Shown one piece after another: positions 1 to 5,181 of a DNA stretch of 6,921 nt (positions are counted from its first letter, which is position 1; every line of letters begins with the position of its first letter). Under the pieces are notes generated by a model, which worked only from the letters and a program-made list of their open reading frames with translations, did no database searches and was not told where the DNA came from. This DNA comes from Novosphingobium acidiphilum DSM 19966 (GTDB taxonomy: Bacteria > Pseudomonadota > Alphaproteobacteria > Sphingomonadales > Sphingomonadaceae). The position numbers were made by a program, and so were the translations under genes. The stretch covers positions 1 through 6,921 of the forward strand of contig NZ_AUBA01000034.1 in NCBI RefSeq assembly GCF_000429005.1, given 5' to 3'.

Positions 1-31
1 AAATCAACGGTTTTTTGAACGTCACGGAAGT

Positions 32-170
32 TTTGTGTAACTAAATAACTTAATAAAAACAGTTATTTAGAAACGTATTCTACTCCCACTCGATCATTCA
101 CCGAGTCAATTTTCATTATATTTCAGTGTTTTAGATGTATGATAATAGCTTTGTGTAACAACGTGTAAAC
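32..170 (+). repeat. Direct repeats TTTGTGTAAC (32-41 and 150-159) plus a degenerate third copy GTGTAAAC (163-170); candidate protein-binding sites such as integrase arm-type sites
   Basis: An exact 10-mer is repeated within a 280-bp AT-rich non-coding stretch. The second and third GTGTAA cores are 10 bp apart, one helical turn. The function is inferred, not shown. Confidence 0.3.
41..70. repeat. Perfect 10-bp inverted repeat CTAAATAACT / AGTTATTTAG with a 10-nt spacer
   Basis: Read directly: 41-50 is the reverse complement of 61-70. No T-run follows on either strand, so it is not a canonical intrinsic terminator. It may be a hairpin or a dyad binding site. Confidence 0.5.
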
Positions 171-277
171 GCATTTTATTCCACATTATCAATGCGTTAT
201 CTAAGTTATTGGGATCCTGCATCGTAGATGCACAATGTGTCAATCGCCTACCTACACAAAGCTGCCATCACCTCCAA

Positions 278-706
278 CTAAGACGACTGCTTCGCCTTGC
301 GACCTACGACCGTGACGCTGTTTAGTGCAGCATCCAGTTCACCCTTCAGCACAGCTTCCTTCACCTTCGTCAGAACCGTGCTGACCTCAGATGCGCTAGC
401 GCACTCGATAGCGTTCTTGCCCTTCGCAAGCTCGATCGGTTTGCTCCCGTAGCGCACAGTCAGTTGCACAGTGTCATCAGCGTTCACGACCCACCAACGC
501 TTGATGCGCTTCGCGACTTCCCGACGATGCTGATTGCCGTTCTCGTCAGTGATCGTGACGATCTTGGTCGCAGTAAAAGCTGCGTCCGCTGCGAGACTGA
601 TCTGCTGATCGATCTTGTCTGCCAGCTTGCGCCGACGCACGAAAATTCGCCCTTGTGCCGTCTCTGGTCGAAACTCGACCAGCTTCAGCGATGAAATCAC
701 AGACAT
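278..706 (-). CDS. Uncharacterised 142-aa protein, last gene of a three-gene operon
   Basis: ATG at 704-706 is preceded by AAGGAGA (reverse complement of 711-717). Composition is protein-like (basic N-terminal half, KRIKRWWVV motif). From memory it resembles island- or prophage-associated domain-of-unknown-function proteins, possibly DUF6641-like; this is unverified. Confidence 0.8.
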   Translation of the reverse strand: MSVISSLKLVEFRPETAQGRIFVRRRKLADKIDQQISLAADAAFTATKIVTITDENGNQHRREVAKRIKRWWVVNADDTVQLTVRYGSKPIELAKGKNAIECASASEVSTVLTKVKEAVLKGELDAALNSVTVVGRKAKQSS

Positions 707-746
707 AGCATTCTCCTTATCCGAGAATGCGATTCTGAATCCATCT

Positions 747-1394
747 CTATGTTATTCCTACCGATTTCCTCATGCCCGCAGTCAATGCACGAAGTTTTTC
801 CGTCACGTCTGCATCCGTCATACGTTCCGCTGGATTCTTGATTCGCTCGATTTCAGCTTCGACTGCACGAATCTTGCACTCCCGTTTGCTGTCCGTCATT
901 GCCGAGATACCGCCACTGAGATTGTCGAGACTGCGACTGGTGATCGCTCGTGGGACGCTGACTGGATCAAGGGTTGGATGATTGCTCGCGCTGAAATCGC
1001 ACTGTCTGTCGAACCAGATTTGCAGCGATGGATCGATGCTAAGCTGGTCTTCGAGATAAATCAGCGCCCGTTCGAAAGCTGACTGCGCCTTTGCATGTAG
1101 CTGCCTTGCCGATCGTCGACCCCGCTGACTCGCCGCCTCCCCGCGATTGTAAAGCATGATCGCCTTCTTCAGCAGCTCCTCATACTCGATGATCGCCCCA
1201 GACTTGTTACTAAGCAGATTGCGCTGATCGACAGTGTTCGACCAACTTTCCTCGTATTCCTTGTAACCTTCTGCACCGAGCCAAGTGCGAAGCTGACGAT
1301 TCTGCACGATTTCGCCACGCCTCAATCGAGACAGCAAGTCGTTCAGCTTTTCGAGTCGCGCAGTGTCCGTCTTGTGCAAGGTGTCGCCCGACAT
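747..1394 (-). CDS. Uncharacterised 215-aa protein, predicted mostly helical and charged
   Basis: A long 215-codon ORF with an ATG start, 40 bp upstream of the 142-aa gene and 57 bp downstream of the 102-aa gene on the same strand. No clear Shine-Dalgarno site lies upstream. I recognise no motif. Confidence 0.75.
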   Translation of the reverse strand: MSGDTLHKTDTARLEKLNDLLSRLRRGEIVQNRQLRTWLGAEGYKEYEESWSNTVDQRNLLSNKSGAIIEYEELLKKAIMLYNRGEAASQRGRRSARQLHAKAQSAFERALIYLEDQLSIDPSLQIWFDRQCDFSASNHPTLDPVSVPRAITSRSLDNLSGGISAMTDSKRECKIRAVEAEIERIKNPAERMTDADVTEKLRALTAGMRKSVGIT

Positions 1395-1451
1395 TCATGA
1401 TGAGAGAGTGCAAAACCGTGCAGCAAAAGGAACCTTTTTCCAAGATGGGAA

Positions 1452-1760
1452 CTACGCTGTGAGATCGAACTCGACACTCTCAGCATCGACCAGCGCACGA
1501 CACTTTCCGCTCATCGCTGCCAGCTGATCAGCCAGCGTATGATAGCGCGGGAGCTGACCAAGCTGCTCGGACGCGTTCATCAATCTACTCGCACATATTG
1601 CGATGGTGCCCAGACTGGGCTCGGAGCGGGTCGAGCGCAGCTTCCGCACATAGCCTTCGCAGCAGCCAAGCCAATGTTCGCTGAACTCGCTCTCGCTGGC
1701 CGTAATGCCCTTCGCCTTCAAGAAATTAAAAATCTCCAAAATCACTGTGTTTTTCGTCAT
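1452..1760 (-). CDS. Uncharacterised 102-aa protein, first gene of the three-gene operon; possibly a small regulator
   Basis: ATG at 1758-1760 is preceded by GGGAGAA with good spacing. The segment ESEFSEHWLGCCEGYVRKLRSTRSEPSLGT looks helix-turn-helix-like by eye only. From memory, similar small proteins occur beside island recombinases; this is unverified. Confidence 0.75.
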   Translation of the reverse strand: MTKNTVILEIFNFLKAKGITASESEFSEHWLGCCEGYVRKLRSTRSEPSLGTIAICASRLMNASEQLGQLPRYHTLADQLAAMSGKCRALVDAESVEFDLTA

Positions 1761-1773
1761 TTATTTCTCCCTG

Positions 1774-1819
1774 TGATAAATACTCTCAGATGCAAGTGAT
1801 CTGCTCACTGTATTTATCA
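1774..1819. promoter_or_regulatory. Operator-like dyad: perfect 10-bp inverted repeat TGATAAATAC (1774-1783) / GTATTTATCA (1810-1819) with a nested AGTGA (1795-1799) / TCACT (1805-1809)
   Basis: Read directly. It starts 14 bp upstream of the 102-aa gene start, where the operon promoter must lie. On the minus strand each arm reads as a promoter-like hexamer (TTGATA, TATTTA), but their spacing does not give a canonical -35/-10 pair. Confidence 0.45.
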
Positions 1820-2587
1820 AAAGCGAGATAAAGGCTGGCGCGCCGATTGTTATGCGCTGTGAATCCGTTCTTGGCATGGCCGCAAGGCATTGTGACGGTA
1901 AGCAATTCGAGTGACTCGCTGCTCGGCCTCATCGCACTACCCATCGGTCCCCGCTGGATGCCTGAAACGACAGCCCTATGTGCTTGTAACGTTTGCGATG
2001 TTGAAATGGTTGAAAGTCTTGGAAATTACCCCAAACCCCATAGGCTCAAAGTGAGTGGGAAGGACACTTGACCCCACAAGAGCATTGCCGACAGCCGCGA
2101 TATGAGCTGGCAATGCCCTGCGTAAGACAGCGCGTAATAGGAGCATCGCAAAACCTGCCTCTCTCATGATCACATCATGAGTTGCGTTCATATCGTTAAA
2201 GCATACCTCAGTGAATGTGCGTATTCATCATTGCCCTGCAAGGGGCAGTGGTTTGGCTCCCTAGTGAATACCCCGAATGAAAATTCAGGAAATCATCCAG
2301 AAGCATTCTGACCTTGATCGTTTCGCTGCTGCGTAATGAGAGCAGAGCGAAGCGATGCGATCATAGCAGCAAGCGAATGTGGAACAGCGAAGCTGGGACG
2401 CATGATGATGCTGATGAATGACGATTTATGCCCACATTCCCTGCCATTAACAAATCTCTCAAAGTTTATGAAAAACGCTGAGGTGCTTGGAAAAACACGA
2501 TTTCGATATGGCTGGATTTCGGTAGGAATAAGTTACTCATAAACTTATCATGTGATTTGTAGGAAATGTTTATGAGGTTATTGCAAA
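1820..2587. other. Long region without a credible protein-coding gene; candidate structured RNA, recombination site region or decayed gene
   Basis: Only three short, mutually overlapping ORFs (74, 71 and 68 aa) are present. They lack ribosome-binding sites and have implausible composition. GC is about 50%, unlike the AT-rich spacers elsewhere. Several plus-strand hairpins are described in the findings. Confidence 0.5.
2322..2391. repeat. Cluster of four copies of an AGCAG(N0-3)GCGAA-type motif, one of them inverted
   Basis: The copies are TTCGCTGCT (2322-2330, reverse complement of AGCAGCGAA), AGCAGAGCGAA (2341-2351), AGCAGCAAGCGAA (2365-2377) and AACAGCGAA (2383-2391). All were read directly. 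They lie about 200 bp upstream of the short recombinase gene. Confidence 0.4.
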
Positions 2588-3154
2588 ATGGCTCGTGCAA
2601 AGGTTCTCTCTCGTGATGAGATAAAGAGGGTCATGCGAATGGCTGACTGCACGAGCAATGGGCTTCGTGATCGTGTCGCTCTCGCTCTGAGCATTCAGGC
2701 AGGAATGCGTATTGGGGAAATCTGCAAACTGACGATCGGCGACGTGCGAGGGATCGATGGTCGATCTGTCGAGGTCATTCATCTCACGAAGCATCAGACG
2801 AAGGGCAATCGCTCTCGACGTGTCTTTCTCAGCGACGAGCTTCGAAAGCTGCTGAACACGTACCTCGCTCAGATCGAGCAGCTAGATGACAGCAAAGCTT
2901 TCATTCGCAGCACTCGCACAGGTGGTCATTTCAGCAACGTGTCGCTCAGCTCCAGGCTCAAAGCGATCTACGAAAGCGCGGGGATCCAGACCAGCAGTCA
3001 TGCAGGGCGCAGGACATTCGCAACGCGTCTAAACGCTGCTGGTATCGGCATGGCGACAATCCAGCAAGCGCTCGGGCACGCAAATCTCGCTACAACAGCA
3101 CTCTACTGCTCAGTCAGTGATGAACAGCTGGTCAACGCGGTGAATGGGATTTGA
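2588..3154 (+). CDS. Short (188-aa) tyrosine-type site-specific recombinase consisting essentially of the catalytic domain only
   Basis: The complete catalytic set is visible: Arg in AGMRIGEICKLTIGDV, Lys in HLTKHQTKGNRSRR, H-x-x-R in SSHAGRRTFATRL, and His plus the nucleophile Tyr in LGHANLATTALYCS. The catalytic domain starts at about residue 5 (LSRDEIKRV), so there is no N-terminal core-binding domain. GAGG lies 10 nt upstream of the ATG. Confidence 0.9.
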   Translation: MARAKVLSRDEIKRVMRMADCTSNGLRDRVALALSIQAGMRIGEICKLTIGDVRGIDGRSVEVIHLTKHQTKGNRSRRVFLSDELRKLLNTYLAQIEQLDDSKAFIRSTRTGGHFSNVSLSSRLKAIYESAGIQTSSHAGRRTFATRLNAAGIGMATIQQALGHANLATTALYCSVSDEQLVNAVNGI

Positions 3155-3176
3155 ACATTGAATATGTCTTTCTAGA

Positions 3177-3659
3177 TTACTCGCTATCGCTTTTGGGACA
3201 CCCTACTTCATGCATTCCGGCTAATGCATCATCTATCCCTGTGATATCAAAAGAACTCTTTCCGCCATCAAAAACTTCAATAGTAAATTTATTCTTTCCT
3301 GATATTTTCTTAAAAAATGCATCTACATCTTCTGGTTCAGATTCGCCGGAAGCATAATCATTGTTCCAATGGACATCATGGGGTTTTTCATTATCAAATC
3401 TAATTTTAGCCGTTTGAGGCAGCATTAGAGATGGAATTCCCTCTCTTGAGGGGAATTCATAATAAAAATATATCTTACCGCCCTTACTGCAGGCAATTTC
3501 TATTTTTGCCGGTGTTCCGGAAACAGAATGATTTGAATATGATCTTGTTATCTTATCTGTCATTGCATCTTTATCATCTGACTTGTGCCAAACCACAGAT
3601 GAGTCGCACCCAGAGAGCGCCATTGCGCTAATCGCGATGATCGGGAAAAGTTTGCGCAC
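3177..3659 (-). CDS. Lipoprotein, 160 aa, function unknown
   Basis: GTG start at 3657-3659 with a strong GAAGGAGGG site 4-5 nt upstream. The signal peptide MRKLFPIIAISAMALSG-C has lipobox LSGC (Cys18) and Asp at +2. The gene is about 36% GC against about 53% in neighbouring genes. Confidence 0.8.
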   Translation of the reverse strand: MRKLFPIIAISAMALSGCDSSVVWHKSDDKDAMTDKITRSYSNHSVSGTPAKIEIACSKGGKIYFYYEFPSREGIPSLMLPQTAKIRFDNEKPHDVHWNNDYASGESEPEDVDAFFKKISGKNKFTIEVFDGGKSSFDITGIDDALAGMHEVGCPKSDSE

Positions 3660-3688
3660 AGGCCCTCCTTCGGGGCATTAGTTTTGGG

Positions 3689-3901
3689 CTACGTACTCGA
3701 AATTACGAACTGTAAATCAAAATCATCCACAGTCAACTCTGCATCATGGATGAAATCGAGGAAATCTTTCAGAATCATAGCGCTTGGCGGGCATCTTGCA
3801 AGACGCTCATTGGTTGTGCCCACAATCCGCTCTATGAACGCGGACATCGGCTTCTCTGGGCGTGCCCATTGATCGAATGCATCGCCGAAAAATTCGAACA
3901 A
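3689..3901 (-). CDS. Small acidic hypothetical protein (70 aa from a TTG start, or 52 aa from the ATG at 3845-3847)
   Basis: The ORF sits 29 bp downstream of the TM2 gene and 29 bp upstream of the lipoprotein gene on the same strand. The start is TTG (3899-3901) with a weak ribosome-binding site. Composition is plausible and amphipathic. The start codon is uncertain. Confidence 0.45.
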   Translation of the reverse strand: MFEFFGDAFDQWARPEKPMSAFIERIVGTTNERLARCPPSAMILKDFLDFIHDAELTVDDFDLQFVISST

Positions 3902-3930
3902 TTGCTCTGATCTGCTAAATTCACCAAATT

Positions 3931-4341
3931 TTATTTCATGATCCCCCTGCGCCTATCTTGGTATTCCTCTTCCGAAATCACACCTTTTTCGCGAAGGGAA
4001 TGCAGCTTCTCAAGGTAATCAAGATCGCCTTCTACTGACTTTCTGGTTGTCAATGTGACAGCCATTGGCGAACAGCCATGCAAGCGATTATGCTCTTCAA
4101 CATATTGATAGACGAAGTAGGCATCCAGAAGCCACCAGAAGCCCAAAACAACCCATCCCATAAAGAATGGAAGCCAGCCGAGCGCGAGTAGAAGCAACTG
4201 CGCCAACCCTGATTTAGGACGATTCAGGTAGAAGCGATGAATTCCCAGAAATCCGAGAAACCACCACAGCAGATAAGCTACTAGTATGTTTTTGCCGTCG
4301 TCACCGAGTTGGGCAACTTTTCGGGTTTGGATGCCATCCAT
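3931..4341 (-). CDS. TM2-domain membrane protein with a C-terminal SHOCT domain, 136 aa
   Basis: There are two hydrophobic helices with the TM2 signature around YLLWWFLGFLGIHRFYLNRP and LLLLALGWLPFFMGWVVLGFWWLLD. The C-terminal LEKLHSLREKGVISEEEYQDRRRGI matches the SHOCT pattern (L..L..L...G.I..EE). ATG start; no obvious Shine-Dalgarno site. Confidence 0.85.
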   Translation of the reverse strand: MDGIQTRKVAQLGDDGKNILVAYLLWWFLGFLGIHRFYLNRPKSGLAQLLLLALGWLPFFMGWVVLGFWWLLDAYFVYQYVEEHNRLHGCSPMAVTLTTRKSVEGDLDYLEKLHSLREKGVISEEEYQDRRRGIMK

Positions 4342-4424
4342 AATCGTCTGCCGATATTTCCGTAGTGATGCGCCACGCTCACCATTGTGAAGTGACCGTG
4401 ACGCAAACCACTACCGTGTCAGTG

Positions 4425-4772
4425 TCACTGGCAAGCCAGCTTCGCTTCCGTCATCGCGTTGACGAGCGTGTCACCCGGACTTCCGCCGGTCCTTGCGCGA
4501 GTATCAGCTTCTACAAATTCCTTGAACGAGACCTTTTCCTCGATCTTATCGATTAGGCAGCCGCACGATTTTGCATTACCGCCGCTTGCAACGCAGGACT
4601 TCATAAAGCCAGTCACAGACTCAGCCGTGTATTCACTCTTGTGCGATGAGCTAACGAGTTCAGAGACAGCCTTGTTGACGCCACCATCTGATGAGCTGTT
4701 TGCCGCTTTCGAGCCACAAGCAGACACTGAAAGCGCAAGCGCGATCAGCGCCGCGAATTTGATTTTATTCAT
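4425..4772 (-). CDS. Lipoprotein, 115 aa, cysteine-containing, function unknown
   Basis: ATG at 4770-4772 is preceded by AAGGGGGA. The signal peptide MNKIKFAALIALALSVSA-C has lipobox VSAC (Cys19) and Gly at +2. The mature part has four further Cys residues (KSCVASGGNAKSCGC ... KLACQ). Confidence 0.8.
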   Translation of the reverse strand: MNKIKFAALIALALSVSACGSKAANSSSDGGVNKAVSELVSSSHKSEYTAESVTGFMKSCVASGGNAKSCGCLIDKIEEKVSFKEFVEADTRARTGGSPGDTLVNAMTEAKLACQ

Positions 4773-4983
4773 AATTCCCCCTTACTTAACACTCAGAGCA
4801 GAAGGCTGCATCATCCGCATTTTCAGCACCACACCTCGAACAAAACATTTTAGCCCCATCCTTGCTTTTCTAATTTTCGAAATATGCTAGCTGTAAGCGA
4901 GCATTCTGCAAGCGCGAAAATCATGCGTTATCAACAGTATGTAGAAACACGTAGGCTATAGGCGAATGCAAGAAGGCAGTTCA

Positions 4984-5181
4984 TCATTCGTCAAACTCGT
5001 CGTCCTCATCCCAGCGATTGATCGCACGATAGTGTATGATCTCGCACTTCTCTGGTGTCAGCGCACTCGTTTCTAGATCGATGATCAGTTCACGCTTCAG
5101 CCCGCGAGTGCCCTGAGCCATCAGCTCCAACCCGCCCAACTCGTAGAGATCATAGAGCGATTCACGCAGCGCAGCATTCAT
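4984..5181 (-). CDS. Small (65-aa) hypothetical protein with an acidic C-terminal tail (WDEDDEFDE)
   Basis: Its ATG (5179-5181) overlaps the TGA (5178-5180) of the upstream ORF as ATGA on the minus strand, which indicates translational coupling. I recognise no motif. Confidence 0.55.
   Translation of the reverse strand: MNAALRESLYDLYELGGLELMAQGTRGLKRELIIDLETSALTPEKCEIIHYRAINRWDEDDEFDE

Noticed and set aside
1-16. T-run at 11-16 as the tail of an intrinsic terminator
   Set aside because: Any stem would lie upstream of the window, so it cannot be evaluated.
464-1443. ORFs 464-694 (+), 615-1082 (+), 772-981 (+) and 1210-1443 (-)
   Set aside because: They lie antisense to, or out of frame within, the better-supported 142-aa and 215-aa genes. 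They are rich in Arg/Ser/Cys as expected of shadow frames and have no ribosome-binding sites.
1774-1783. TGATAAATAC dyad arms as a Fur box
   Set aside because: They share only the GATAA core with the GATAATGATAATCATTATC consensus, and the 26-bp arm spacing does not fit Fur-type hexamer arrays.
1539-1799. ORF 1539-1799 (+), 86 aa
   Set aside because: It lies antisense to the 102-aa gene, which has a good Shine-Dalgarno site. Its composition is typical of a shadow ORF.
1847-2542. ORFs 1847-2071 (+), 1976-2191 (-) and 2336-2542 (+) in the ORF-free region
   Set aside because: They are short, overlap one another on opposite strands, lack Shine-Dalgarno sites, and have composition unlike real proteins (Cys/His/Met runs). 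I kept open only the possibility that they are remnants of a decayed gene.
2570-2794. ORF 2570-2794 (-), 74 aa
   Set aside because: It lies antisense within the clearly real short recombinase gene.
1761-3180. FimB/FimE-style invertible promoter switch driven by the short recombinase
   Set aside because: I compared 1761-1900 with the reverse complement of 2400-2590 and with the sequence after the recombinase stop, and found no inverted repeat of about 9 bp or more flanking a segment. The only strong dyads (1774-1819 and 2528-2548, ATAAGTT-N7-AACTTAT) are local hairpin-type repeats. The idea stays untested rather than supported.
3155-3690. Integron-like gene cassette (single low-GC ORF beside a tyrosine recombinase)
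   Set aside because: I found no attC-like imperfect palindrome with GTTRRRY and RYYYAAC cores at either end. The recombinase is far shorter than IntI-type integrases and is convergent with the ORF, not divergent from it.
3151-3872. ORFs 3151-3357 (+), 3431-3631 (+) and 3684-3872 (+)
   Set aside because: They lie antisense to the lipoprotein gene and the 70-aa ORF. The lipoprotein has a strong ribosome-binding site and a textbook lipobox, so the plus-strand frames are shadows.
4365-4890. ORFs 4365-4556 (+) and 4459-4890 (+, 143 aa)
   Set aside because: They lie antisense to the 115-aa lipoprotein gene, which has a signal peptide, lipobox and Shine-Dalgarno site. The 143-aa frame is Ser/Leu/Pro-rich and runs through the promoter spacer.
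192-4932. Exact 10-mer ATGCGTTATC at 192-201 and 4923-4932, both intergenic, as possible paired recombination sites
   Set aside because: In a 6.9-kb window many exact 10-mer matches are expected by chance (on the order of tens of same-strand pairs). The flanks match only with an indel (ATCAATGCG against ATCATGCG). The loose similarity to 2545-2566 (ATCATGTG ... TGTAGGAAA against ATCATGCG ... TGTAGAAAC at 4920-4947) has different spacing.
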